Notes: a model not told the origin generated them from the sequence alone. 64,000 bases of DNA from Obrimoposthia wandeli (GCA_977020255.1 CDROCS010005890.1:1-64000), one strand, 5' to 3'. Numbered from the stretch's first letter, positions 18,616-28,465 are shown. Program-made: numbers and translations.

Positions 18616-19006
18616 TTACAACTCCGCTAGCACAGCCTTAATATCTTCTGGTGACATGCGCGACTTATTAATCGACTTCTGTTTGCATCGTACGAATAAT
18701 ACCTTGTTGATCAATAATAAAAGCATCTAGCGTAGGGAGTCCATTACCACCTTTACCATTAAACTTTTCAATATCTAAACCATGTTCTTTATACCCAAAG
18801 CATTGATTGAAGACGAAACCATGGATGGTGAAGGTAGGGCGAAGCAGAATGCCAGAGCCGAGAATAGTTGTTCCATTACCGAAGTCAATAACGCCACAGA
18901 TGCTCCTTTATCGTCTTGCTGAGTCCTGTACCTTCAAGTCGCTTGGGTACAAGACAGAAAGTGACAACAGATTAATCATCTTTTTATTGGTAAGTAGCTT
19001 AAGCAT
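18616..19006 (-). pseudogene. AhpC/TSA (peroxiredoxin-like) gene remnant: 5' signal-like stub plus C-terminal 60 codons, with the middle replaced by ERIC-like copy C
   Basis: Minus strand: MLKLLTNKKMINLLSLSVL (19006-18950), then the element, then YKEHGLDIEKFNGKGGNGLPTLDAFIIDQQGIIRTMQTEVD / +1 shift / KSRMSPEDIKAVLAEL* (stop 18616). The C-terminus resembles the ...LPxPATFIIDxxGIIR...DYxxR.xPEDIL end of this family. Confidence 0.65.
18791..18950 (+). mobile_element. ERIC-like element, copy C (160 bp, both ends, internally deleted)
   Basis: TATACCCAA joined directly to AGCATTGATTGAAGACG, then the CCATGGATGG module. Ends CTGTACCTTCAAGTCGCTTGGGTAC. Confidence 0.85.
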
Positions 19007-19052
19007 CACTTTAGACGTTAATTATTATTTTATTTTTCTGACTGTTAATATT

Positions 19053-19285
19053 TAACCTGAACTCTGGATAATGAGTGCTTGATACTTAAGTGAATCAAAA
19101 GCTTAGGTGGCAAAGTAAATGCTATAGCAAGGCGAACATCACGAATAGACACCATCAATGCTTCATTTTATGCCATTTCCAAGGCAAAACGTTGATGAAT
19201 AGCGAGCTATTTATCAACGTTTTAACGCAGATAAGGGGTTAAAAGGGAGGATTGAGCAAGTGCTGCTTATCCAGAGTTCAGGTTA
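19053..19285. mobile_element. Second, unrelated MITE-like element (233 bp including TA flanks)
   Basis: Perfect 19-bp inverted termini TAACCTGAACTCTGGATAA / TTATCCAGAGTTCAGGTTA. Internal hairpin AAAACGTTGATGAATAGC-GA-GCTATTTATCAACGTTTT at 19186-19223. No coding capacity. Confidence 0.8.
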
Positions 19286-19439
19286 TTTATACTTATTCTG
19301 CTTAAACTCGCTCTGTTCTAACTTCTTCTGCTTTGGTTTGATGATTAAGTAGCCCAATGTAACCCAATATACTAAAAGCCCTTGCCTAGCGACCATTATC
19401 TCAGTATTCTACGCGACCTTTTTATCTTTGGAACTCAAC

Positions 19440-20798
19440 ATGATCGGATTTGATTACGGCACTTCAAACTGTGCTGTCGGCGTTATGGAAAATAATAGCC
19501 CAAAACTTTTATCTTTAGGTGATCATGGTCGGTATATACCGTCAACGTTGTATGCCCCAAGTCGTGACATTATTGTTAATTGGCTACATAAGCACTTAAG
19601 CTTATCAGAGCAAAAAAACTTTCAATTACAACGTCAAAGACAAATGCAAAAAGGCCAAAATTCTTTACGAGAGCTAACATTAGATGGCTACCCTACTGAA
19701 TTATCTTTTGGGCAACAAGCATTAAATAATTACTTACAAGAGCCTGATGAAGGCTATTATATTAAGTCGCCAAAATCATTTCTTGGTGCCAGTGGCTTAC
19801 TACCACAACAAGTTGATCTATTTGAAGATATCGTTGCTGCTATGATGAGCAATGTAAAAAAACTTACCGAAGCAGCACTTGGTAGAAGTGTTAGCCAAAC
19901 GGTTATTGGTCGCCCGATTAACTTTCAAGGTCTGCGTGGTGAAGAAAGTAATCAACAAGCACTGAAAATATTAACCAATGCAGCAAAGCGTGTCGGCTTT
20001 ACAGATGTTGAATTTCAATTTGAGCCTGTCGCCGCCGGTTTTGAATATGAAGCTAGTTTAACAAAAGAAACCAAAGTGCTTGTGGTCGATATTGGTGGTG
20101 GTACGACCGATTGCTCGATGTTATTAATGGGGCCAAAACAAGCAATTTTAGCTGACAGAGCCGCCGACTTATTGAGTCACAGTGGTGAACGTGTTGGCGG
20201 TAATGATTTTGATATTGCCTTTGCACTTAGAGGCATTATGCCAAGTTTCGGTTTAGACAGCATGCTAAAAACTGGAAAACCTATGCCGAGTAATAGTTTT
20301 TGGCAGGCTATGGCCATTAACAACATTAATCATCAAACGGAATTTTACAGTGCTGCTAACGGTCGTTTTTTAGAGCAGCTTATTCGCGATGCCAAACAAC
20401 CTGAGTTACTAACGCGTTTATTAACCGTACAACAACAAAAGTTAAGTTATCGCGTGGTCAATGCAGCGGAGCAAAGTAAGATTGCTCTGACGGAGCAAAC
20501 GCAACTACAGATAGATTTATCAGATATCGATAAAGAGCTTGTTGTCGACCTTGATAGAGACAGCTTTGCCACTGCATGTCAGCGTGAACTAAATTCAATA
20601 ACCGCTTTAATGAATGATGCAATAACACAAGCTAACTGTCAGCCTGATGTCGTATTTGTCACGGGTGGTACCGCAAAATCACCGATATTAAATCAGTTTT
20701 TACAACAACAATTTCAGCATACACCTATTGTTATTGGTGATCATTTTGGCAGTGTAACGGCTGGTTTAACTCGCTGGGCCAACAAGATTTATTCCTGA
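19440..20798 (+). CDS. yegD: Hsp70-family chaperone YegD
   Basis: Motifs IGFDYGTSNC, YIKSPKSFLGA, VIGRPINFQG, FQFEPVAAG, VVDIGGGTTD, VTGGTAKSP and FGSVTAGL. Confidence 0.93.
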   Translation: MIGFDYGTSNCAVGVMENNSPKLLSLGDHGRYIPSTLYAPSRDIIVNWLHKHLSLSEQKNFQLQRQRQMQKGQNSLRELTLDGYPTELSFGQQALNNYLQEPDEGYYIKSPKSFLGASGLLPQQVDLFEDIVAAMMSNVKKLTEAALGRSVSQTVIGRPINFQGLRGEESNQQALKILTNAAKRVGFTDVEFQFEPVAAGFEYEASLTKETKVLVVDIGGGTTDCSMLLMGPKQAILADRAADLLSHSGERVGGNDFDIAFALRGIMPSFGLDSMLKTGKPMPSNSFWQAMAINNINHQTEFYSAANGRFLEQLIRDAKQPELLTRLLTVQQQKLSYRVVNAAEQSKIALTEQTQLQIDLSDIDKELVVDLDRDSFATACQRELNSITALMNDAITQANCQPDVVFVTGGTAKSPILNQFLQQQFQHTPIVIGDHFGSVTAGLTRWANKIYS

Positions 20799-20854
20799 TC
20801 CTATTTATTTGAAACAAAACTTATTTAAAACAAGACTTATTCAAAATATTAATA

Positions 20855-20916
20855 TTGTTACGACTTAAGGTGAGCCAATGAGTTCAGTCATATGCTTTTA
20901 CCTTAAGTCGCAACAA
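20855..20916. other. Long intergenic inverted repeat (17-bp arms, 28-nt loop)
   Basis: TTGTTACGACTTAAGGT ... ACCTTAAGTCGCAACAA (16/17 match) between convergent genes. Confidence 0.7.
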
Positions 20917-20969
20917 ATTGTAATGACTTTATAAATAAAGCGCTTAAGTCTTCTATAATCAATAAATAA

Positions 20970-21215
20970 TTAAACTTTATAGCTTAAACCAAATTTTGCT
21001 GTCTGCTCTACGTGATATCCTGCTGATGAGACAGTGTTAGACTCGTTGTAATAAATGCCATAACAGCGATGAATATTGGAAGGGGCAAGTTTGTTTTCTT
21101 TACGCCACTGCACAAGCCGCATGATAGATTCATTCTCAAATGTCAAAGAGCCATGGAGCTCATAAACAGCGACTTTTGTTTTAGTAAAATTGATAATTTC
21201 AACGTTCATATCCAT
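20970..21215 (-). pseudogene. Truncated GyrI-like (AraC effector-binding) domain protein
   Basis: MNVEIINFTKTKVAVYELHG...VQWRKENKL...YGIYYN matches the N-terminal half of the GyrI-like family. It stops at 81 aa, about half the usual length. Confidence 0.65.
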
Positions 21216-21497
21216 TTCTCATAAAATTGAACACTCTGTTTAGCCAAATACTGTCTGCTAGGTCCTAGCATTAAATATTATTTATTAGTTTATAACTAAG
21301 CTGCTAACTAAGCTGCCAAGCATAAGTGATGCATCACCATGCATAAATAAAATTGGCTATTATGTTAGCTGTTAGTCTACTTTAATTGAACAGCAGCAAC
21401 ACTTAATCAAGATTAAAAAGATGTCAAACTACCACGCGTTAGCATTAGTGGTCAGACATGCGTTACAATAGCATTTTTTAAATAACAGCTAGGTTTA

Positions 21498-22028
21498 TTG
21501 ATGAGCGAATATTTAGTATTAACGGCAATGGGGCCAGATCGTACTGGCAGTGTCAGCGACTTAACCAAACTCGCTAGCGAGTGCGGCTGTAATATTATTG
21601 ACAGTAGAATGGCTATATTTGGCTTAGAGTTTACCTTAATTATGTTACTTACTGGTACGAATAAAGCGATTCATCAATTAGAGAGTAAATTGCCGGCAGT
21701 GGCCCATGAACTTGAGCTGATCACCATGATGAAAAGAACTTCAGGCTATCGCGAGCAAGAGTTTGTCCACCACTATCAAGCCGATTATGCGGGTATTGAT
21801 CAACCGGGTGTTTTAAAAGCAGTAACCGCATTCTTTGCTACGCGCAATATCGATATTTCATCATTAAAGTCTGAAATTAATCAAAAAAATAACCATATGA
21901 GCGCATCAGTTTTAATTGCTTTGATGGAAGAAACCAGCATTGAACAGCTTGAAAGTGATTTTGTGCAATTGTGTGAACAGTTTAATGTTCAAGGTTGCAT
22001 AAAAAAGATCTCATCGAATTTGCTATAG
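21498..22028 (+). CDS. gcvR: Glycine cleavage system transcriptional repressor (ACT domains)
   Basis: YLVLTAMGPDRTG...CGCNIIDSRMAIFG EFTLIMLL; lies upstream of bcp as in other gammaproteobacteria. Confidence 0.92.
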   Translation: MMSEYLVLTAMGPDRTGSVSDLTKLASECGCNIIDSRMAIFGLEFTLIMLLTGTNKAIHQLESKLPAVAHELELITMMKRTSGYREQEFVHHYQADYAGIDQPGVLKAVTAFFATRNIDISSLKSEINQKNNHMSASVLIALMEETSIEQLESDFVQLCEQFNVQGCIKKISSNLL

Positions 22029-22076
22029 AAAAACATATTATACTCATATTGAAATTGATAATAAGGAAAGTAATAC

Positions 22077-22535
22077 ATGTTAGCAGTAGGTAAACCCGCA
22101 CCAAAATTCACTCTACAAGATCAAAACGGCTCACCGATATCTTTAGATACATTTGCAGGTAAAAAAGTACTTATCTATTTTTATCCAAGAGCTTCAACGC
22201 CAGGTTGTACGGTACAAGCCTGTGCATTAAGAGATACTAAAGCAGAGCTAGATGCACTAAATGTCGTTGTGTTAGGCATAAGCCCTGATACACCTAAAAA
22301 ATTGACTAACTTTGTCAATAAGCAAGCGTTAAATTTCACATTGCTAGCCGATGAAGATCACGCCATTTGTGAAGCCTATAATGTTTGGCAGTTAAAAAAA
22401 TTCATGGGCCGCGAAAATATGGGAGTGGTAAGAACATCTTTTCTTATCGATGAAGAAGGTAACCTAGCGCATATTTTTAATAAGTTTAAAACGAAAGATC
22501 ACCATGAAGTGGTTTTAGATTACTTACAAAAATAA
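22077..22535 (+). CDS. bcp: Thioredoxin-dependent thiol peroxidase Bcp
   Basis: YFYPRASTPGCTVQAC, GISPD and VVRTSFLIDEEG. Confidence 0.96.
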   Translation: MLAVGKPAPKFTLQDQNGSPISLDTFAGKKVLIYFYPRASTPGCTVQACALRDTKAELDALNVVVLGISPDTPKKLTNFVNKQALNFTLLADEDHAICEAYNVWQLKKFMGRENMGVVRTSFLIDEEGNLAHIFNKFKTKDHHEVVLDYLQK

Positions 22536-22804
22536 CGACTGCCTGCCTATTAAGGGAAATATAAATTCATATTTCCCTACCCAATTAACACGCTAAGATA
22601 ACAAAATTAACGCGCTAAATTAGCTAACTAACGCTATTGTCACAGCCAACAAAGCAAACACTTCGCCGAACATTTCGACTCATTTGTAAATTAAAGCTGT
22701 ATTACATTGTTTTAGTGCACGGCTTCAGAACATAACTTAAGTGCTAAATTTACATGAGTTTTTAAATAGATGCTTTCAGTGTACTCGTCAATTTCAGGGT
22801 AAAT

Positions 22805-22834
22805 AAAAAGGCCTAATAGTCGTCGATTAAGCCT
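22805..22834 (-). terminator. Probable terminator of the nir operon
   Basis: Imperfect AGGC-CTAAT/ATTAA-GCCT stem with a T5 tract on the minus strand, 26 bp past the nirN stop. Confidence 0.5.
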
Positions 22835-22860
22835 GTTATTTTTATTGTGCTAAGCGAGCA

Positions 22861-24531
22861 CTAGTGACTCGTGCCCTTTTCATAATTTATTTTATTAAAA
22901 ACGTTATATTTTCCTGAAGGTTTTTTCATTGGTAAACGTTTAATTTCTTCTAAGGTGTTAGCGTTATAAACAATTAATGCGCCCTCATCATCCCAAATAC
23001 TCAATAAAACATATTGGCCATCTTTGGTAAATTCAACATGAGCGGCGGTTTTACCCGGCACTGGTGTTAACGTTTTAACAATCTCTAGCGTGCTTTTGTT
23101 GATCACGTGCACTTTGTCTTTATTGGGGCCAAAAAAGACATCAACCCAAGCATAAGGTGAATTACTGTGGCTGCGCATAAAAAAACCAGGGCCTTGGGTT
23201 TCTATTTCTTTGATCACTTTCCAATCGGTCATATCAATAACAGACACACGCCCTTCTTTGATATTGGGTGAAGCAAATACAGTGTTGCCTTGATACTGCC
23301 ACGTAATACCAGAGCCTAAATGCGGCATACCTGCCATATCAATTGTGGCTACTTTTTTCTTTGCATCAAGGTTGATCACTTGGCCGTTATGGCTATCACG
23401 AGATGCGCCAATTAAGTTGACGTATTGGGGATCAAAAAAGAAGTCATCTAAATAGTCCGCTGTTTTAATTCGTCTGATCGGAAAATTGTCTTTCACTTGT
23501 GAATTTGCAATTTGTACACTATCACTGTCACTGTCAAAAGTGTCGTCATGAGCTAAATTTTTATCAAGTATCACGCTCGCTTTATCGCTGTAAGGAATTT
23601 CCCATACTTCTTTTACATCTTTTAACGCCACAATAAAACTATTTCTTGGCGGAGCGTTATAAACTGCACTGACACGTGAACTAACGCCATCACTATCGAT
23701 GGTTGCAATAGCTTTAATTGGCGATAAATCTTGTGTGTCGAGAATCACCACATTGTGCGGTAAATAATTCCCCACAATGGCGTATTTACCATCAGAAGAA
23801 ACAGCGAGGTTACGCGTATTAATACCTGCACGCACTTCTGACACTATTTTCATGTTGTAAATGTCATACTTACTTATCCAACCATCTCGAGAAGCAAAAT
23901 AGACATAACGACCGTCAGGTGAATATTTTGGGCCGCCATGTAAAGCAAAACGAGTTTTAAAGCGCGTTATTGGTTCAAATGTATCGCCATTAAGCAGTGT
24001 TGCTGAATGGTCGCCAAGTTCAACAACAATAAACAAATTCATTAAGTCAGCATCAAAGAGCGGTTTATTGCCTAATTTACTTTGATCAAAATGTTGAATG
24101 TTTGTCGCTTTGATATCCGCCATTGTCCACCGTGGTTGGGTTTTCGGCGGCGTATAAATGTAATCAACTAATAACAGTGTTTGCTCTGTTGATAATTGCT
24201 GATTAAACGCCGGCATCTGAGTTGCAGCACGCCCTTGTTGGATAACATCAACAGCTTTATTTTTACGAAGTCTAGAAAGGTTTTCAGGAAACAGTGCCGG
24301 CCCCATAGCACCCATACGCCCAACGCCATGACAGCTTTGGCAATGTTCTTGGTATAGCGATTGGGCATCTTCTTCAGCGTTAATTTTGATGGCTGTTGTT
24401 GGCTCTGCTACACCTGCAATTTTATTCGCTTGTGCCGTGGCACTAAAAATAAATAACAGTATAGAAGAAAACAATGCCTTTTTTACTACCTGCACTAATA
24501 GCGTTTGTATCCGGATATTATTCTTCATCAT
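22861..24531 (-). CDS. nirN: Dihydro-heme d1 dehydrogenase (cytochrome c plus d1-type beta-propeller)
   Basis: CxxCH (HCQSCHG), RFALHGGPKYSPDGRYVYFASRDGW, PHLGSGI, HVEFTKDG and KPSGKYNV. Last gene of the nir biosynthesis operon. Confidence 0.9.
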   Translation of the reverse strand: MMKNNIRIQTLLVQVVKKALFSSILLFIFSATAQANKIAGVAEPTTAIKINAEEDAQSLYQEHCQSCHGVGRMGAMGPALFPENLSRLRKNKAVDVIQQGRAATQMPAFNQQLSTEQTLLLVDYIYTPPKTQPRWTMADIKATNIQHFDQSKLGNKPLFDADLMNLFIVVELGDHSATLLNGDTFEPITRFKTRFALHGGPKYSPDGRYVYFASRDGWISKYDIYNMKIVSEVRAGINTRNLAVSSDGKYAIVGNYLPHNVVILDTQDLSPIKAIATIDSDGVSSRVSAVYNAPPRNSFIVALKDVKEVWEIPYSDKASVILDKNLAHDDTFDSDSDSVQIANSQVKDNFPIRRIKTADYLDDFFFDPQYVNLIGASRDSHNGQVINLDAKKKVATIDMAGMPHLGSGITWQYQGNTVFASPNIKEGRVSVIDMTDWKVIKEIETQGPGFFMRSHSNSPYAWVDVFFGPNKDKVHVINKSTLEIVKTLTPVPGKTAAHVEFTKDGQYVLLSIWDDEGALIVYNANTLEEIKRLPMKKPSGKYNVFNKINYEKGTSH

Positions 24532-24582
24532 GATTTCACATTTTGTCAGTAAATTTACCCATAGAGCTCAGTTTGGCTTCGA

Positions 24583-25464
24583 CTAGCCTACCTTTTCAGC
24601 TAACTGCATTTGTGATTGGTAATGCTTAGCATCTAAAAATCCGGGTTTAGCTAAAGCCGTATCGGTTAATTGATTAACAACATCACCAATAACAATTAAC
24701 GTTGGTGGCGTAACTTTATGTTTAACCACTAAGTCAGCAAGTGAAGATAATGTACCGCGAAATATTTGCTGATCCGGCTGCGTACCTTTGCGAATGAGTG
24801 CTGCGGGGGTATTAGCATCGCGGCCGTGTTTTATTAACTGCTCAGTAATACTAGGTAAAGTATTAATGCCCATATAAAACACCACGGTTTGCGAAGCGCA
24901 GCTTAAGCTCTGCCATGGTAAATTGAGTTGACCATCGTTTTGCATATGACCGGTGATAAAGGTACAGCCCTGTGCAACGCCTCTGTGGGTTAATGGAATA
25001 CCTGCATAGGTTGTACAACCCGATGCTGCTGTAATGCCAGGGCAGACATGACAACTAATACCGTTTTGCAATAAAAATTCAGCCTCTTCACCGCCACGCC
25101 CAAATATAAAAGGGTCGCCACCTTTGAGGCGTAATACTTTTCGCCCTTGTTGTGCATATTGCACTAACAATTCATTAATTTTACCTTGTGGCACACAATG
25201 TTTTGCTTGTTCTTTACCAACATAAAAACGCTCACAGCCTTCGGGTAAAAGCGCCATAATTTCATCACTCACTAAGCGATCATAAATGGCCACATCGGCT
25301 TGCTCGATAAAGCGCAAAGCTCGAATAGTTAATAATTCTGCGTCGCCTGGGCCTGAGCCAACTAGTGCGACTTCACCTGGCTGTAAAGTTGATTTTCTGT
25401 TGATATTATTCAAAACATTGGTACTTAATTGATGTTCATTCGATAGCTGTGTCATGTTGTACAT
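24583..25464 (-). CDS. nirE: Uroporphyrinogen-III C-methyltransferase (heme d1 branch)
   Basis: VALVGSGPGDAELLT, RLKGGDPFIFGRGGEEA and PGITAASG. Position between nirJ and nirN. Confidence 0.9.
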   Translation of the reverse strand: MYNMTQLSNEHQLSTNVLNNINRKSTLQPGEVALVGSGPGDAELLTIRALRFIEQADVAIYDRLVSDEIMALLPEGCERFYVGKEQAKHCVPQGKINELLVQYAQQGRKVLRLKGGDPFIFGRGGEEAEFLLQNGISCHVCPGITAASGCTTYAGIPLTHRGVAQGCTFITGHMQNDGQLNLPWQSLSCASQTVVFYMGINTLPSITEQLIKHGRDANTPAALIRKGTQPDQQIFRGTLSSLADLVVKHKVTPPTLIVIGDVVNQLTDTALAKPGFLDAKHYQSQMQLAEKVG

Positions 25465-25580
25465 TACCTTATTGGCCCTTATTCGATTATAGAATAAAAA
25501 CCACTAATCTTATAAATTATATTTTGCTAAGCTAGTGTTAATTAACCTAAGTTTTTGGTCTGACTTTTTCTATCTGGTTT

Positions 25581-26777
25581 TCACACTGAAATAAAAGGGA
25601 TTTCTTCGCGTACAATTGAGTGACCCACAACGCCTATTTCGCTATCAGTTAAGTAACACCCGGGATCTTCAGCCCAAACATCACCAGATTGTGCAAATGC
25701 TCGAGTTCGAGTATTACCACCACAAATATTGAGGTACTGGCATTGGCTACAACGACCTTTAACTGGACGTGGTTGTTGTCGAAAACCTAACATTAAAGGG
25801 TCTTGAGTGTTTTTCCACACATCAGAAAATTTTTCAGTTTTCACATTACCAATAGGATGTCCCCACCAATAAGTATCCGGATGAATAGTGCCTGTATTAT
25901 CTATATTGGCGACATTAACACCACTGGCGTTACCCCCCCAATTAATTAGTCTTTGCTTTAAATTAGCCATTCTTTCAGGGTACTTTTCACCAAACTCTCG
26001 TTCAACCCATTGTAATAAAAAGGGCCCGTCTGCATCATTATTACCAGTGACAAAATCAGTTTCTATACCTTGCTCAATATGTGACCAAGCACGTTCGTAA
26101 AGCATTATCATGGCGTCTTTTGTCATTTTAAACATCGCATCACTTTCTGCGCTGCGTTTACCTCGACCAGAATAATTCAGATGAGATAAATAAAATTTAT
26201 CAACTTTCTTTTCTTCCATCAGATCGAGTACTTTAGGTAAGTCTTCAAAATTGTCGCGCGTTAAACACAAACGCATGCCAATCTTAATTCCTGCAGCTTT
26301 ACACAAATCAATGGCTTTCATTGATTCTTTAAAGCAACCTTCTTGGCGACGAAACTCATCATGAAAGTCTTCTAAACCATCAATACTGATACCAACATAT
26401 TGATAGTCAGCCGCTTTAATTTTTTCAATGTTATCTTCGGTGATCAACGTACCATTGGTCGACAGCGCAACATAAAAGCCTTTGGCTTTAGCGTAAGCGG
26501 TAATTTCATAAATATCAGGGCGTAGTAATGGCTCTCCTCCCGAGAAAATTAACACTGGAACATTCGCTACTTTCAAATCATCTATTGTTGCTTTTACTTG
26601 CGCTGTTGAAAGTTCATCATTAAATTCCATATCAAGCGATGACGAATAGCAGTGCTTACAACGTAAGTTACAACGTCGTATTAAATTCCATATAACGACT
26701 GGCCCGAGCATTTTATGAGCTTTTTTAGCCGGTAAGTTATCGTGAAATGTTTTTAGTAGCTGTGAAATTCTAAACAT
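25581..26777 (-). CDS. nirJ: Heme d1 biosynthesis radical SAM protein
   Basis: MFRISQ...GPVVIWNLIRRCNLRCKHCY (CX3CX2C) with a C-terminal SPASM-type RCSQCQYLNICGGNTRTRA. Confidence 0.95.
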   Translation of the reverse strand: MFRISQLLKTFHDNLPAKKAHKMLGPVVIWNLIRRCNLRCKHCYSSSLDMEFNDELSTAQVKATIDDLKVANVPVLIFSGGEPLLRPDIYEITAYAKAKGFYVALSTNGTLITEDNIEKIKAADYQYVGISIDGLEDFHDEFRRQEGCFKESMKAIDLCKAAGIKIGMRLCLTRDNFEDLPKVLDLMEEKKVDKFYLSHLNYSGRGKRSAESDAMFKMTKDAMIMLYERAWSHIEQGIETDFVTGNNDADGPFLLQWVEREFGEKYPERMANLKQRLINWGGNASGVNVANIDNTGTIHPDTYWWGHPIGNVKTEKFSDVWKNTQDPLMLGFRQQPRPVKGRCSQCQYLNICGGNTRTRAFAQSGDVWAEDPGCYLTDSEIGVVGHSIVREEIPFISV

Positions 26778-26843
26778 CGGCTTTATCCTTAATAAGATTT
26801 AGCTTCGTCTATCTAACAGTGCAATTAAAATACTTTAATTAAG

Positions 26844-27389
26844 CTAGCGCTTTAATCGCAAGCCTGTTTTTTTCAGTATCTCTGTGCTGGTCAACATATC
26901 ATTAGTTTGGAAGCGGCCCTCATGATCTGGGTCATCATTTCTAGCCTGTAAAACATTAATAAGTAAATCTTTGATTTGGGTTCGGTATTGTTGAACTTCG
27001 TGCTCTGTTTTTCCATGCACCATAGCAAACAAATTATAATTCCAACGAGGCAAGTGTCTTGGCCGTAAATAACAATGACTGACAAAGGGCAACTGTCCTA
27101 TAGCTTTACCATATTCACTGACCGCGCGGTCTTGAACATCCCAGACCGTCATGCCATTAAAGCGATAACCTAGCTTGTAATGATTTGGCACGGCAGCAAT
27201 GCGTCGAATAATGCCACGCTCTTTCAAATCACGTGTCATCGCTAAAACATCAGCTTCTGATATCTCTAGTTGCTGGGCGATAACTTGATAAGGTTTGGCA
27301 ACAATAGGTAAGCCAGATTGAGTTAATAACACATACTGGCGCTCTAGTGGCGATAGTACTTTATTAGGCTGGCAGGTATAATTGGACAT
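26844..27389 (-). CDS. nirH: Siroheme decarboxylase subunit (Lrp/AsnC-like)
   Basis: GIIRRIAAVPNHYKLGY, VSHCYLRP, WNYNLFAMVHG and KKTGLRL. Confidence 0.9.
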   Translation of the reverse strand: MSNYTCQPNKVLSPLERQYVLLTQSGLPIVAKPYQVIAQQLEISEADVLAMTRDLKERGIIRRIAAVPNHYKLGYRFNGMTVWDVQDRAVSEYGKAIGQLPFVSHCYLRPRHLPRWNYNLFAMVHGKTEHEVQQYRTQIKDLLINVLQARNDDPDHEGRFQTNDMLTSTEILKKTGLRLKR

Positions 27390-27849
27390 AGAATTCTTCT
27401 AATTTTGGCGTATTAAGTACTGGTAGAGCGGTTGTTTGCTCAATGCTGTTAATCACTTGGTTAACTTCAGCTTCAGACTCAGCACCAACAACAAACCACA
27501 TGTTAAAATCATGCGTTCTGCGATAATTGTGTGCGACTTCATCAAAGCTATTCACTTGCGCTGCGACCTCATCAAATCTGTCCTCAGGTACTGCTAGTGC
27601 GGCTAATGTAAAAGCGCCCCCTAAGCACACAGCGTCAAACATTGGGCCAAACCGTGTGAGTACTCTAGTGGTCATTAAATGATTTAGACGTGCAAGCACT
27701 TGTTCTTCATTGCTATTTAATTGCTCGGCAATCGCTAAAAATGGCCGTTCTGCAACCGGTAAGCCTAGTTGTAATAAATTAATTAACTGTTTATCTAACT
27801 CACTCAACTCAGCTAATTCCGTGGTTGATTGTCGCGATGATTTATCCAC
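27364..27849 (-). CDS. nirG: Siroheme decarboxylase subunit
   Basis: LTRFGPMFDA...GGAFTLAAL, VAHNYRRTHDFNMWFV. Confidence 0.9.
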   Translation of the reverse strand: MDKSSRQSTTELAELSELDKQLINLLQLGLPVAERPFLAIAEQLNSNEEQVLARLNHLMTTRVLTRFGPMFDAVCLGGAFTLAALAVPEDRFDEVAAQVNSFDEVAHNYRRTHDFNMWFVVGAESEAEVNQVINSIEQTTALPVLNTPKLEEFYVQLYLPA

Positions 27850-28465
27850 TTATATGTCCTTTCTTCCCGTAACGTGCACCCTGTTGCTTATAAGCTTTAA
27901 AACTAAACAAAATATCTTTTTCGATTTGCTCTAAAGAAAACTTTGTCACCATGGCCGCTATTTGCGCGATAACAATGTCTCTATCGGTGCCGTGTATCAT
28001 GCAAAATAAATTGTATGGCCAATCGGGTAAACGTCGAGGGCGGCGATAGCACAATGATACCTCTGAGCAACTAGAAAGCTGCTCAGCAACGTCGTCAACA
28101 TCCTCATCAGCAATATTCCATACCACCATAGCATTAGCTTTAAAGCCTAGTTTTCGATGTTTAACCACCAGTCCAAAACGCTTTATTAAACTGTCTTCTT
28201 GCCAGCGCTGTATTTGCGCTAATATTTGAGCCTCTGTCGTATTGAGCTTTTGAGCTATCACTAAATAAGGTTGTGCGGCATGCGGCAAACCTTTTTCCAA
28301 AATAGCCCGTAATTCCTGCTGTTGACTGAGAGACAATGCGTCGTTTTCTATGTTTTCAGCTATGTTCGACTTAGCAGTCGAAAAAATGCCGGCTGAATCG
28401 TTTTCAGTAACGCTTTGCTCTTGCTCTAATTGATGAAGCTGCTGTGCACTTGATAACTGGCTCAT
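27842..28465 (-). CDS. nirL: Siroheme decarboxylase subunit
   Basis: IKRFGLVVKHRKLGFKANAMVVW, VSLCYRRPRRLPDWPYNLFCMIHG and KQQGARY. The likely start is the ATG at 28465, immediately after the nirD stop; the ORF track starts at 28519. Confidence 0.88.
   Translation of the reverse strand: MSQLSSAQQLHQLEQEQSVTENDSAGIFSTAKSNIAENIENDALSLSQQQELRAILEKGLPHAAQPYLVIAQKLNTTEAQILAQIQRWQEDSLIKRFGLVVKHRKLGFKANAMVVWNIADEDVDDVAEQLSSCSEVSLCYRRPRRLPDWPYNLFCMIHGTDRDIVIAQIAAMVTKFSLEQIEKDILFSFKAYKQQGARYGKKGHISG

Noticed and set aside
17744-19285. Retron or other retroelement suggested by RNase H plus structured non-coding DNA
   Set aside because: No reverse transcriptase (no YADD/LPQG motifs) in the window; the structured DNA is explained by MITEs.
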